A stretch of DNA of 64,000 nt, taken from positions 81,964,001 through 82,028,000 of the forward strand of contig OX597821.1 in the NCBI GenBank assembly GCA_951406725.2, read 5' to 3'. The notes below the pieces were generated by a model. The model did no database searches. It was given only the letters and a program-made list of their open reading frames with translations, and was not told the DNA's origin. This document shows positions 26,120 to 38,935 of this stretch, piece by piece; the first letter of the stretch is position 1, and each line of letters opens with the position of its first letter. This DNA comes from Octopus vulgaris (Eukaryota). Both the position numbers and the translations under genes were made by a program.

Positions 26120-27031
26120 TGTATGTATGTATGTATATACACTCACACAAAAAATGTGTGCAAATATTTTCTTGTTTGTATATAATACACTAAAAACCTC
26201 TATACTTAAGTACATATTTACAGAGTATATACTAAATGCTTGAAATCAAACTTCTACCTTCCTCAGCAGACTAATACTCACAAACTGCTACCCCAAACCA
26301 TCCCAAGTAACCCGTGTTAAGTTTTCATCAGTCAGTGTCCAGTCCATAATGTACATTTACACTGTCCATTTCGACACTCCGATTTCAAATTCCACCAAGA
26401 TTAACTTTGCCTTTCATCCTTTCGGGGTCTGATAAAATAAGTACCAGTTGAGCACTGAAGGTGATGTAATCGACTTATCCACCACGCCTGACATTGCTGG
26501 CCTTGGGCCAAAATCAGAAACAAAAGTACATTCACACCACACTAAAGCTACACAATTAGTTGATTAGATACACTCAACCACCACCACCACCACCAACACT
26601 ACTACCACCACCACCTGGACCTTGTGCATTTTCAACAGGATCAACTCTATTAATACAAGGATACAGACTAGATCTGTGGTTTGAGGATAACCCGAATGGG
26701 GTGTAGCTTCTTCCCCACCTTTCATCATCATCATCATCATCATCATCATTATTTTAACAGCCACTTTTCCATGTGCACATGGGTTGAATAGAACTTTGTT
26801 GAAGCAGATTATTCTATGGCCAGATGCTCTTCCTGTGGCCAACCTTCAATTGTTGCCAAGTAAAGTAAGATTTCCCCATGACCGGACATGTTTTTATAGA
26901 GGATTGGAAACAAAGGATACTGCTTGCATGATGGTAACATTCATTTACAACTATCACATGATATCAAGATAAGTAGGTACTCTAACCCCCACCACAGTCT
27001 CTCTCTTTCTCTCTCTCTCACACACACACAT

Positions 27032-27317
27032 GTGGAGGCACATGGCCTAGGGGTTAGAGCAGCGGACTTGCGGTTCAGGGATCACAGGTTCGAATCTGTT
27101 TATGAGCGAAACACTTAAGCTCCACGTGGCTCCGGCAGAACGTAATGGCAAACTTCTGCTGACTCTTTCGTCACAACTTTCTCTCATTCTTTCCTCTTGC
27201 ATCTTGCAGCTCACCTGCGACGGACCAGCGTCCAGTCCAGGTGAGGAACCTATACGCCAAGGAGACCGGGAAACCAGCCCTTATGAGCCAGGTGTGGCTC
27301 GAGAAGGAACAAACAAC
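27032..27317 (+). mobile_element. SINE type E, second copy
   Basis: A box TGGCCTAGGGGTT, B box GGTTCGAATC. CCTGCGACGGACCAGCGTCCAGTCCAGG resembles the V-SINE domain (from memory). Confidence 0.8.
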
Positions 27318-27982
27318 GCACACACGCATACATGATAGGCTTCCACATAATTTCTACCTACAAAATTCACTCACAAAGCATTGGTTGGCCTGAGGCTAAA
27401 GTAGAAGACACTTGTCCAAAAGTGCCATGCTGTGGGACTGAAACCAGAACCATGTGGTTGAGAAGCGAACTTCTTACCACAGAGCCATGCCAGGACCTAC
27501 AATATTCCTACATCGATATTGAAAGTCTCATGTAAAATTTCATGGCAGCTGCTCTTCCTCTTCTGACAAATCTATAAAAAAATTTAAAAAAAAGAAACCA
27601 CTCTTGGGCTTCACCCCATGAAGCATGATCACCACTGCCACCGTCACCACCACCACCACCACCAGCAACAGGCTTCTCACTAACCTTTATACATAATCCT
27701 AAAATTAATGTTATGTTAAGCTTGGAGGGATTTCTAGGCAAAAATTTATCAGAAATGGGGCATAAAGTAACCCAGATAAAAATATAGTATTTGACTTCCT
27801 TTTTCTTTCCTCTTTATTTTTTATTTGTTTCAATTGTTGGAGACTGCAGCAATGCCAGGGCACCACCTTGAAGGTTCCTATTCATTTTGCTTCTTTTGTC
27901 AACCTCTAAGTTACTTGGATGTCAACAAACCAACACTGGTAGTCAAGCGGGATGGGTGAACAAACACAAACATACACACATG

Positions 27983-28361
27983 GGTGCAGGAGTGGCTGTG
28001 TGGTAAGTAGCTTGCTTACCAACGACATGCTTCCAAGTTCAGTCCCACTGTGTGGCACCTTGGGCAAGTGTCTTCTAATATAGCCTCGGACCGACCAAAG
28101 CCTTGTGAGTGGATTTGATAGACAGAGACTGAAAGAAGACCATTGTATATATATGTGTGTGTGTGTGTGTTTGTGTGTCTGTGTTTGTCCCCCCACCATC
28201 GATTGACAACTGATGTTGGTGTGTTCACATCCCCGTAACTTAGCAGTTCAGCAAAAAGAGACTGATAGAATAAGTACCAGGCTTACAAATAATAAGTCCT
28301 GGAGTCGATTTGTTCGACTAAGGGCGGTACTCCAGCATGGCCGCAGTCAAATGACTGAAAC
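27983..28361 (+). mobile_element. SINE type A, full length, nested inside an older minus-strand copy (27820-28610)
   Basis: Intact head and tail. The flanks are the tail (27820-27975) and head (28460-28610) of an opposite-strand copy. Confidence 0.85.
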
Positions 28362-28828
28362 CAAAAAATGTTTTAAATAAAAAAAAACATATGCATGCAT
28401 ACACATACCCACACCCACATACATAATACACACACACACATACACATATACATACATACAATAGGATTCCATACAGTTTCTGCTTACCAAATTCTTTCAC
28501 AAAGCATTGATCAATTTGACACGATAGTAGGAGTCACTTGCTCAAGGTGCTGTACAGTGGGATTGAACCAGGAACCACTTGGTTACAAAGCAAGCTAGTA
28601 AACCCCACAGTTGTAGTGTTTCCCCCGACCCCCGCGGCAAGAAGATGTATTGAATGCATGAACTAAAACTAAAGTGGGAACAGCCAGTAGTTCACTGTAA
28701 TGTCGACAAGGTATGTCAATGCATTCGACGTTTGCAAGTTTGTATTCTGTGCAGGTATAGCTGTGGGAACTTTGTCTCGTCTATTGACTGTAGAGGAAAA
28801 GACCCCTTATCAAACATCTATTGAGGTA

Positions 28829-28930
28829 ATAAAATAATGAAATAAGGAAATAATGAAATTATTGTATACAGTGCTCAGGTGCACCACAACTTGTCAGAAA
28901 GTGCGTATAAAGTATATGCAGTAATGTACA
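28829..28930 (-). mobile_element. CR1 3'UTR terminal fragment
   Basis: ATTGTATACAGTGCTCAGGTGCACCACAAC matches the reverse complement of the 30245-30273 terminus with 2 substitutions. Confidence 0.75.
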
Positions 28931-29894
28931 AAAACATTCTGTGGCGTATGAATATGTCCCTCGTTTAAGAAACAGATTGGGTTTATTTACATTTGTGAAG
29001 AAAAAACGATACCCTTTCTCCCACCCCTAACCCTAACCCTAAAACAGATTGAAATGCAATAGATCGATACTAGGGTCATAATTATGGGTGACAATTTCAT
29101 ATGACCCCGCTAGAAAAAACTGCCGTTCAAACCGAAAAGGTCCAACATGTCTTTTGGCATCAACCATCGACAGGGAGAATATAAATGGATAAATACTAAT
29201 TCTTTTATAGATGTATTTTATGTTAACCATAAAAGTAAAACGCAAGTTAATTATTGCGAATATCGTGGATATTTGTAGGATTTAATTAATCTTTTGAATT
29301 TTCTTTTATTACTCTCTCTTTCTCGTACATTCAAAAACATGCAAACTTCTAATGTAACACAATGGAAGAAAAATAGAACTTTTTAATAAACACATAGAAA
29401 TCTGTTCTCGTTTTTAAAAAAGTATAAAATGTGACGACTTTTATAAAATAATCGACAAGGGAAGTAACTCTCATGTAGAAGTTGTTCCCCTTTAATCATG
29501 AATTTTAACGTTCTACTTTTTTTATGTTTATTTTTAGCAAATCTCTTAAGATTTAGTGCAGAAAATAGGTGTTCTTTTTTGCATGCGTTAATAAATTTAT
29601 TAAGGGATATTTAGGATATTAAGGGTATACCAGGCACATGCATCACTATCATATGTGCGCAACAAGGTGATCCCGTTTCAAGATAAACAGTGCATGACCA
29701 ATGAGAATTTTCTTCAGGTCGAGTAGCCCATCCCACTCAAAATGTCCCTGAACAAGGTTTATTGAATGGAACACCCATGTTTCCAGAGGTGAATTATTCA
29801 AACTCCAAATAATTCCTCTCAACATATGGCTATGATGCTCCCCCACTACTTCTGCTTGTGATCAGAGTATTATCATTATCATTATCATTATCAA

Positions 29895-30292
29895 AGTTAT
29901 CAACCACCTCACCAACAACAACACTGAACACCTTTTTGATCTCCATGTGTCCAACACACGTGGACATGCCTACAAAGTCAGAAAACAACACAGCTCCCAT
30001 GACTTTCGGAAACATTTTTTCACGCTCAGAGTTGCTGTAGCATGGAACAAACTGCCTGCGTCAGTTGTTGACTGCCATGACACTGCGTCCTTTAAGGCCC
30101 TCATGCTTTCCGAAATCCGCCGAAACTACACCTGATTGTCCCCCTTCTATACTCATACACATATGTGTATGTCATGACTCATGCACTGTTCTTTTCCTGA
30201 TGCTTGTACATTACCCTATGTACTATACATACACTTTAGATGAGTTGTAGTGCACCTGAGCACTGTACACAATATTTTATTATTATTTTTAT
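29895..30292 (+). mobile_element. CR1 LINE 3' end (ORF2 C-terminus + 3'UTR)
   Basis: NTRGHAYKVRKQHSSHDFRKHFFTLRVAVAWNKLPASVVDCHDTASFK matches the CR1 terminal motif TRGH..K...R..FF..RV...WN.LP..VV.....FK. The UTR ends GTGCACCTGAGCACTGTACACAAT plus an ATT tail. Confidence 0.85.
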
Positions 30293-30527
30293 TAAGGCAG
30301 TAAACTGGTATAATTATTTGCATGATGGATAAAATGCTTGGCGGTATTTCACCTGTTGCTAAGTTTTGAGTTCAAATTCTGCCACGGTTGATTTTGCCTT
30401 TCATCCTTTCAAGATCAATAAATTAAGTACCAGTTGAGTACTGGGGGTCAATGCACTCGACTATCTCCCTCCCTCAAATTTCAGGCCTTGTGCCTAGAGT
30501 AGAAAGGATTATTATTATTATTATTAT

Positions 30528-31085
30528 TGAGTGAGAAAGCTGTGCATGCTATGAAAGTGAGACTGGGGTAAAATATACGAAGCCCAATATACCCATCATG
30601 ACTACCTGTCTGATAAGGGTACACCAGGCACATGCATCACAACCATATGTGCGCGACATGGTGATCTCATATCAAGATTAACAATGCACGACCTTGCAGG
30701 TGGGACCCAGTTAGAATTTTTTTTCACATTGAATAGTCCACCTGCTCAAAAGATCCTTGAGTAAGGGTTGTTTAAGTATGTTGAACGAAACACCCATGTT
30801 TCCAGAGGTGAATTATTCAAACCCCAATGAATCCTTCTCAACACATGGCTATTATGCTCCCCCACTACTTCTGCTCGTGATCAGAGATGCACATATGGTC
30901 AGCCACTAAGGGACATGCTCAACTGGTTAAGGTCAAACAACTGACCAAGCAAATCTGTGGTATTGAGCAGAATATTTGCTGTAGCCCATCTTTTATACCA
31001 AGACAAAACAATCTACATGATAACAATTCGAATCAGTTGAGAAGCCATGAGAGCCAGTGCCTGGTACTACTGCATTAGGACATTT
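30528..31085 (-). mobile_element. Element D, longest copy
   Basis: Reverse complement of 7029-7535 plus ~60 bp more. (TTA)n on both sides. Confidence 0.8.
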
Positions 31086-31104
31086 ATTATTGTTGTTGTA
31101 GTTG

Positions 31105-31162
<58 letters not shown>

Positions 31163-32156
31163 TAGTCAGCATTTCTTGCATAGGCATAAGAACAGATATT
31201 TTGGGAAGGTCGGGTAGTCAATATTTCCAACTCTCAGTACTTCACTGGTATTTATTTTATGAACCTTGAAAGAATGAAAGGCAAAGTTGATATTACTGGA
31301 ATTTGAACTCAAAATGTAAAGAGTAGCATAGACATGAGGAACCACCAAAATTTTGGGAAGGTGGGGGTAGTCGATACCATTGACTCCCAGCACTTCACTT
31401 TTATCAATTACGAAAAAAAAAATATGAAAGGCAAATTTGATCATTGTGAGATTTGAACTCAAAATGTAAAGAACTGGAAGAAATACTGCAGAACATTTTG
31501 TCCAAAACTCTAATGATTCTGCCAATATACAATAATATAGCTCTCTTTGCCATGGCATAAGACAAAATATCTAGGTTGGGAAGAAGAAGTTTAATCTACT
31601 GAGTCAATTGAAGTAAATGCTTGGTACATTCTGATTGTTCTTGCAGAGACACAAAAGGTTCAGTCAGCCATGTTGGGATTTGAAATCAGAACATCAAAGA
31701 ATGGAACTAATTACTGCTCTACCATTTCTGCTTTAGGGCTTCTGAACATAGGTTTATTAATGGGAATTTGTGGTGGTGGCAGCAGTCTCTTTTGTTGTGT
31801 GATTCTGATGTGGTATTGACTGTGGTTGTAGTGGTTTGATGTCAAATGTCTGTGATATTGGATAAATTTGATTGTCATTGTTCTTCTTCAGCCTCAGGTT
31901 GGAACTGATCCAGTAGATAGCTATTCAAACCCTCCCCCACCATTTTCTCCCCCCAATTTTTTTTTATGAATACTGCATTGAAGCATATACAACATCCCTT
32001 GTCCTTTCAGAAGGTAAGGTATGGTTTAAGGGAAATTTGACTGATGCTTCTAGAAGCTTTCTCATTAAATTGTGAAGTTAAATTGATGAAGATATCACTG
32101 AAAAAAATTCAATGAAGTTGATAGAAGTAATGGAAGTTGTTTTTTATAGAGAGATA

Positions 32157-32346
32157 TAGGTGCTGGCATGGCTATATGGTTAAGAAGTTTGCTTCCCAAC
32201 TTTATGGTTTTGGGTTCAGTTCCACTTGGGCAAGTGTCTTAGCAAGACACTTTGGTAAGTGTCCACTATAGCCTCAGGCTGACCAAAATCTTGTGAGTGA
32301 ATTTGGTAGAAAAAAGTCAAAAAGAAGGTCATTGTATGTATATGTA

Positions 32347-32378
<32 letters not shown>

Positions 32379-32424
32379 TAGACAGATGTTTGTGTGTGTA
32401 TATATATCTATGTATACATATACA

Positions 32425-32479
<55 letters not shown>

Positions 32480-32780
32480 TTGTCTATGTACATGTGTGTG
32501 TGTGTCTGTGTGTGTCTGTGTGTGTCTGTGTGTGTGTGTCTGTGTGTATGCATGCGTGTGTACTGTCTTCTTGCCTTGACATCAAGCGATAGTTGTAAGA
32601 AATGTCATGCAAGCAGTGTCCTTCATTTCCAATCTTCCAATCTGCCATGGAAACATGCCTGGCCTCGGGCAAATTTTACTTTACTTGGAAACAAATGTGG
32701 GTTGGCGACAGGAAGAGCATCTGCCACGTCAAATCCCGTCCAACGCATGCAGGCATGGAAAAGTGGATGTTAAAAATGAT
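32157..32780 (+). mobile_element. SINE type A' (type A head, different 3' half ending in the (GAT)n-type tail)
   Basis: Type A head and microsatellite, then CCTTGACATC...GTTGTAA...CTTGGAAACA...GTTGGCGACAGGAAG...GCATGGAAAAGTGGATGTTAAA(ATG)n. Related pieces at ~6000, 12380, 26750, 51590, 55530 and 57080. Confidence 0.75.
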
Positions 32781-32843
32781 GCCGACAACGATGATGATGT
32801 TGATGATGCTGATGATGATGATGATGATACTGATGATGATGCT

Positions 32844-32874
<31 letters not shown>

Positions 32875-33041
32875 ACGACAATAATGATGATCATGAAGAT
32901 GAGATGATGATACTGATGATGATGATGATGATGATACTGATGATGATGATGATGATGGTGAGGATGATGGTGATGCTGATGCTGATGATGATGATGATGG
33001 TGAGGATGATGATGATACTGATGATGATGATGATGATGGTG

Positions 33042-33075
<34 letters not shown>
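32777..33075. repeat. Compound (GAT)n microsatellite grown from a SINE tail
   Basis: Direct reading. Follows the A' SINE tail. Confidence 0.95.
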
Positions 33076-33493
33076 CAATAGTTGTAGGAGTTGGCATTGA
33101 TGATGGAAGTATGTGTCTGTAGAGGCAGGTCCAAATATTTAAAAGAGTAGAAAAAAAGAAGCAAAAAAAGCCAATGACAGACGGACACACAGACAGACAT
33201 AGAAGCAGGCCAAACCGATGGGGCAGTGGTTACAGGAGGGTGGGTGGGTGGGTGTTAAGAAGAATATAGATATCAATAAGAAGCAGAATTCTAAGCATCC
33301 TTAATCACTTAGTTTCACCAACTGTTAATGATAGAATAAATTAGCATTAATTAATGTCTTCATCCATCATTAATTACAATCAATCAATCAATTAATTAAT
33401 TAGCTCTGATCAATCATGGTAGTTTTTAATGAAGTGAAAAAGAAGGGAAATAGATTTGTTCAGTGAATTAATCAAGATGGGAATGGAACTCAC

Positions 33494-33539
33494 AATCTGT
33501 TGATTTCGGTCAAAATATTCTGTTAATAACTGTAAATGT
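33494..33539 (-). CDS. Candidate small exon (xHLQLLTEYFDRNQQI)
   Basis: Acceptor ccatcttcttcttcAG| and donor ATT|GTGAGT. One open frame ends in phase 0. No phase-2 partner exon was found upstream. Confidence 0.25.
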
Positions 33540-33671
33540 CTGAAGAAGAAGATGGTTGACTCAACTCAGAGAACGTGACACAGGAACACAATCAGAAATT
33601 AGCATTTCCTTAAGCATCCTCTTTGTCTAATTAAATCTGACATCTCCACCCACCCAGCCACCTACTCAGTA

Positions 33672-33747
33672 ATCATCATCATCAGCATCATCATCCTCGT
33701 TGTTGTTGTCATCATCATCATCACCATCACCACCACCACCACCGTCG

Positions 33748-33819
<72 letters not shown>

Positions 33820-33840
33820 CCATCACCACCACCACCACCG

Positions 33841-33876
<36 letters not shown>

Positions 33877-33999
33877 CCATCACCGCCACCACCACCGTCA
33901 CCGTCATCATCATCATCATCATCATCACCATCACCACCACCACCACCGTCACCGTCATCATCACCACCACCACCACCACCACCACCACCACCACCACCG

Positions 34000-34047
<48 letters not shown>

Positions 34048-34075
34048 CCACCACCACCACCACCGTCATCATCAT
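33672..34075. repeat. Compound (ATC)n/(ACC)n microsatellite with higher-order units
   Basis: Direct reading. It is the tail of a minus-strand (GAT)n-tailed element. Confidence 0.95.
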
Positions 34076-34473
34076 TTAACATCCATCTTCCATGCTGCCT
34101 TTGGTTGGACAGTTTGACAGGAATTGGCAAGTCTAAGGACCATGTCAAGCTCTACTGTCTGTTTAGGTGTGGTTTCTACAACTGGATGTCTTTCCTAATG
34201 CCAACCATTTTACAGAGAGATAACAGGGTAACGCCATAGTAGGATGGTGAGAGGGATTGCTATGCTAAGAGAGGCAGAGCTAATTTAGGAGGAATGACAA
34301 GGTAGAAGGAAGTGATACTTGAGAAGTTAGCAATTAGCGATAGGGAAACCAAAAGCTAAGAATGAAAGATGAAAGAATTGAACAATGAAGTAAAAAACGA
34401 TGGAAAATGTAGAAAAAGGACAAAATGAAATATTAAAAAAATTAAAAAATTTAAAGTTTCGAAATTTCCCCAA

Positions 34474-34519
34474 AACACCTGATGAAGGCTGGAGGGTATA
34501 TCAGCTGAAATGTTGTGTT
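34474..34519 (+). ncRNA. Minimal hammerhead ribozyme motif (CpG-decayed) in a Penelope-like remnant (~34440-34620)
   Basis: AACAC-CUGAUGA-A-GGCUG(gagggtatat)CAGCU-GAAA-U-GUU^GUGUU. Stem I AACAC/GUGUU and stem II GGCUG/CAGCU. Two CG>TG changes relative to an intact CGAAACGUU. Confidence 0.7.
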
Positions 34520-34801
34520 AACAACAAACAAGATGAGGACAAATATCCGTCAAATGTAAATAATGTAAATAATGTACATAATTCCTCATCTGTTAAATAT
34601 AGAACTGTTAAATATAGAACTACACTGAATTAAAAGATGTTGAGAAGCTGAGGTAGTGTCAAAGGTTTTTATAGATTACATGAACAGTGAGGAAGCCCTT
34701 GGAAATCCTCATTCGAAAATCCCAGAAAGTTTTTTTTTCAAATTTTCAAAAGTTCAAATGTTCAAAAGTTAAAAAGGTCTATCTTTTGAGAGATACATAG
34801 G

Positions 34802-34891
<90 letters not shown>

Positions 34892-34945
34892 GATAGATAG
34901 ATAGATAGATAGATAGATACATACATACATACATACATACATACA
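34802..34945. repeat. (ATCT)n-(AGAT)n-(ACAT)n compound microsatellite with strand inversion
   Basis: The ATCT run ends at 34890 and its reverse complement (AGAT)7 follows directly. Confidence 0.95.
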
Positions 34946-35293
34946 TAGAAGGGACCTATTAGTGGTGTGTGGTCTGTGTATAGCTTTGTTGCTAGTTCTT
35001 GGTTTAATGGGTTACACCAATACGATCGGGTAAGGGAGATGTTAACATGGGCAACATTTTTATAGGGGCAGTACTTTTAGGTCTGTGCAAAATTAGGTTT
35101 TGTTGTGACCCCTATGAGTAGAAAGGCAGTAACCTCAAAGATTAGCTCAGGCAGCACATACTTTAAATACTGTAGCTGCTGTTATCATTTAGTCCAAGTT
35201 AACCTTGACAGAGCAAATTTATAGCTAAAAGTGACCCCACCATCTTTCTGAAAGTTTCTAAAACTTCATTAACTAAAGTACTATTTCCTTTGA

Positions 35294-35515
35294 CCCCTTC
35301 AATACCAACCTGACTGAAACTGCCTCTGGCTCTGTAGTAAAAATGGTATGTTTTCATAAGTTTTGAATTAAAATCTTCCACCAAACCTTAGTCACAATTT
35401 ATGTTCCTAACACCAGCTTAATGATAATTAAGTTATTTTACTAATTGCTTCATTATATTTAAAATTAATTGAAAGAAACACAGAGCATCACAAAATAAAT
35501 ACAGTAACAAAAGGG
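35294..35515. mobile_element. piggyBac-like MITE
   Basis: CCC...GGG termini (CCCCTTCAATAC / GTAACAAAAGGG) with TTGA duplicated on both sides (TTAA variant). Related pieces at ~20255, 20324-21252 and 21500-21650. Confidence 0.65.
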
Positions 35516-36384
35516 TTGAGATGACGATGTGCAATTTGAGAAATATTTGGCTGCTTTTTCTAACAGTCTTATCTTTATCTTTTGCTTGTTTCAGTCGTTG
35601 GACTGTGGCCATGCTGGAACACCACTTTGAAGGGTTTAGTTGAACAAAACGACCCCAGGAATTATTTTCTTTTAAAGCCTGGTAATAGTGTTACCATATC
35701 TCTGTTGAAATATTACAGGACCAAAAACCACAAGGTTACAGACAATACAAGAGTTGGTATGCAACTGTGTTTAAGTAAACTAATACTGTCACCATGAAAT
35801 CCTACATGTCTATTTGTGGGGGGGGGGGGGGCAGTATCAGGTGTATAGAAGCCAACCAAATATAGTTATGCATGGCATGTACTGTCTAGTCTGCTGCTAC
35901 CATTTGCTGTTGTTGTTGTCACTGCTTGGCCCCAGGGGTAAACCCTGATTGATACCTATGGTTAAAGGCACTCTGTTCTGTCATTTTGTGGGTTACATGC
36001 AGCTACATTATTTAATTTGGATCCTTCCCATTTTTCTTCTTTTTGAGAGGGTGGTATGTGATCCAAGGGAGATTGGTTGCTATTTCTAGCATGAGGAGTG
36101 ACTATGTAGCAGCTCTGATGTTGCATGTGTGTAGATCTGGTTGTAGTATTGCTATTGTAAAATACTCGCTGTACACAGTGTGGGGGCACCTCAAGCATGT
36201 AGAGACCTGTATTATGTATGTACATATGTATGTACATATGTATGTACATATGTGTGTATGTATGTATGTATGTACATATGTGTGTATGTACATATGTATG
36301 TATGTGATATATGTATGCATGCATGTATATATGTATATATTTTTTTCCTCTGTTTTCTCTTCTTTGGATCTTTCCTTCTCCTAT

Positions 36385-36419
36385 GTTTCTGACGAAGAGC
36401 TCCGCTCGAAACGTTAAAC
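36385..36419 (+). ncRNA. Minimal hammerhead ribozyme motif, intact core, in a Penelope-like remnant (~36340-36517)
   Basis: GUUU-CUGACGA-A-GAGC(UCC)GCUC-GAAAC-GUU^AAAC. Stem I GUUU/AAAC, stem II 4 bp, loopless palindromic stem III (ACGU). This is the architecture described for Penelope-like element hammerheads. Confidence 0.8.
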
Positions 36420-36514
36420 CCTCCTTCTTTCTTGAGCGTCCAATAATACTATATTTGTTCCACATCCTCGCATTGTTGTGTTTTCTCTTTGTGCTTTCTT
36501 GTTTGGATTAACTT

Positions 36515-36555
<41 letters not shown>

Positions 36556-36857
36556 TGAGTATGGCTGGTGTGTAGCTGTGAATGATATATTGTGGTAAGA
36601 ATATTGTGTGAATGTAATATTGACAATGTTAGCTGGTGTGAGTATATTAGATAAAGTGCATGGAATGTTGAGCATCCGGAGGATGATGTGTACAGGTGAT
36701 AGGATTGAGCTCTGTAGGAATCCATCATGCAAGCTTGATGTGTGGGAGGGACTATTATTAAACGAACCTTAGCAGTAAATGCAAAATGAGGTGTGTTAAT
36801 GTGACATGAAGGGAGGAATTTCTCTTGGGAAGGGTGGAATAGATATTCTATTAATAG

Positions 36858-37027
36858 CTGCAGGTATGACTGTGTGGTGAGAAGCTTGCTTCCCAACCAC
36901 ATGGTTCTGGGTTCAATCCTACTGAGTGACACATTGGGCAAGTGTTTTCTAGTATAGCCTCAGGCAGATCAAAGCCTTATGAGTGGATTTGCTAGACTGA
37001 AACTGAAAGAAGCCCATCATATGTATT

Positions 37028-37058
<31 letters not shown>

Positions 37059-37180
37059 AATAAATCAAAATGCAATAGAGTAGAGGGCATTAAAATGTTT
37101 GGACAGATAGACAATACAAAGGCAGACAAGAGTAACAACATGTATGTATGTATGTATGTATGTTTGTATGAATGTGTGTG

Positions 37181-37219
<39 letters not shown>

Positions 37220-37935
37220 GGAACAAAAACGCAATAGAGGACAATAAAACATTTGGACAGATAGACAATACAAAGGCAGACAAGAGAAACAATTAAAAGG
37301 ACAGGCAACAGGTAAAAAAAAGACAGGTCATTCGTTGCTTTCCTTCCTCAGTCAAGTACCAGAACATTTCAGGCAGTTACACTTGAGATGGTTCGATCTG
37401 GTTGCCCCCCAAAAGTCATATCTAAGAGCATTATACCCCTTTGTAAGAAAGCTAGCGAATATGTACGGCAACAAAACACAAAAAAGAAACAAGCAAAAAG
37501 AAATGGAGAACATGGTACACAATTAGGAATACAAACAACAAAAAATAACAACAGGCGTCTTCAAACTGAGAACGAATCAAATTGAGCTGACATGTATGAA
37601 GTGAAAGCCTAAAGGCAGGAACATAGGAGATGGATATATATATATATATATATATATGCATGTGTGTGTGTGTAGGTGTGTGTGTATGTGTGTATAGATT
37701 TATGTGTGAATGTCTTTGTGTTTGTCCCTCACCACCACCACTACCACCACTTGACCACTGGTGTTGGTGTATTTATGTCCCCATAGCTTAATGGTTCAGT
37801 AAAGTAACTGAGAGAATAAACACTAGGCTGAAAAAAAAAAAAAAAATTCTTGGGTCGATTCATTTGACTAAAACCCTTCAAGATGGTGCCCCAGCATGGC
37901 CACAGTGAAATGACTGGAACAAGTTAAAGAATAAA
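36858..37935 (+). mobile_element. SINE type A, interrupted in its microsatellite
   Basis: Head 36858-37020 and tail 37715-37935. Confidence 0.8.
37066..37632 (-). mobile_element. Related insert with partial tandem duplication of one end
   Basis: Inside the microsatellite of the SINE at 36858-37935. The block TTTGGACAGATAGACAATACAAAGGCAGACAAGAG occurs twice (~37098 and ~37252). Homologous to 20644-20903. Confidence 0.5.
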
Positions 37936-38301
37936 AAATAAAAAAATGTCTTCAGAATAGTGAGCAATATGAAGTGGAGTGTGCAAGGCTGTTGCATCAA
38001 TGAGATTTTAGGTGTAGTTGTTGTTGTTGTTGTTAGATTTGTTTTTTTATTCTATATTAATTCAACCAATGGCACAAAGACAGCCGACTGACACCAAATA
38101 TGTTCCAGTTTGAAGGCAACTGGGTAGATAAGGTAGTTCTGCTGCCTGTTGATGAGTCAGGATTGAAAAGCTGCTGCTGGGCCCCTGGTTTCCTGTTTAT
38201 TTGTTTATTTTTTCCCTCAAAATATGTTTTCTAGATTTCCTCAATTTTCTCAGCAGATGGCAATATGTACCAGATAATCTGGGAGTGTTCAGCCACTAGA
38301 C

Positions 38302-38638
38302 CAGTGGTTCTCAACTGGGGTTCTATAAGGCCTCTGAGGGTCTATATAAGGTTTTGTGGGGTCCACACAACAAAATGATAAATTGAGGATCCACAATAGT
38401 ATTTTAAGGGTCCCTGAAAAACATTTTCTTTAGATGTTTGTATGGCAGGAAACAGTGAAGTTTCTTTCTGTAACATTTTACATGGTTCAGCCTACGCAGC
38501 CTGTGTGTAAAACAGAAAAGGAATTTTGAAAGAAGTTTCTATAAAATTAGTTTTTAAACATGGAATGGCTATGGGTGTCCCCCAAAACAAAATAGTAACC
38601 AAAGGAGTCCTTAGATAAAAAATGGTTGAGAACCCCTG
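38302..38638. mobile_element. hAT (Charlie-like) MITE
   Basis: TIRs CAGTGGTTCTCAAC / GTTGAGAACCCCTG. The 8-bp flanks CACTAGAC / CTTTAAAC (5/8 identical) resemble a decayed hAT TSD. Related copy at 39722-39968. Confidence 0.8.
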
Positions 38639-38689
38639 CTTTAAACAGAACCTTGATGGCAATGGATATCAGATAATTACAGGATAATG

Positions 38690-38935
38690 ATACTAAGCCA
38701 TCCCAAGTCATATAGACTCATGAGGCCGGTTTCCTGGTTTTTGTGGCACATATATTCCTCACTGGATATGATACTGGTCAATCGCAGAATTATTCAATTT
38801 TACCAGCTGAAGACTGGAGCAACATGAAATGGAATGTTTTGTTCCAGAACAATGTGTCGCCCAGTTCAGGAACTGAAACTACAATCTTATGATCATGAGT
38901 CCAACACTATAACCATAGACCCATAAGTCTCCACT
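38690..38935 (-). mobile_element. Old tRNA-derived SINE with type E-like tail
   Basis: Head GTGGAGACTTATGG..TATGGTTATAGTGTTGGACTCATGATC, tail AAACCAGGAAACCGGCC.CATGAG. Confidence 0.65.

Noticed and set aside
26282-26347. Minus-strand ATG...GTGAGT candidate exon
   Set aside because: The phase-0 frame has a TAG stop before the donor.
27032-27100. Functional tRNA gene
   Set aside because: The tRNA-like part lacks a complete acceptor stem and continues into a SINE body and tail. The same applies to all other A/B-box heads in the window.
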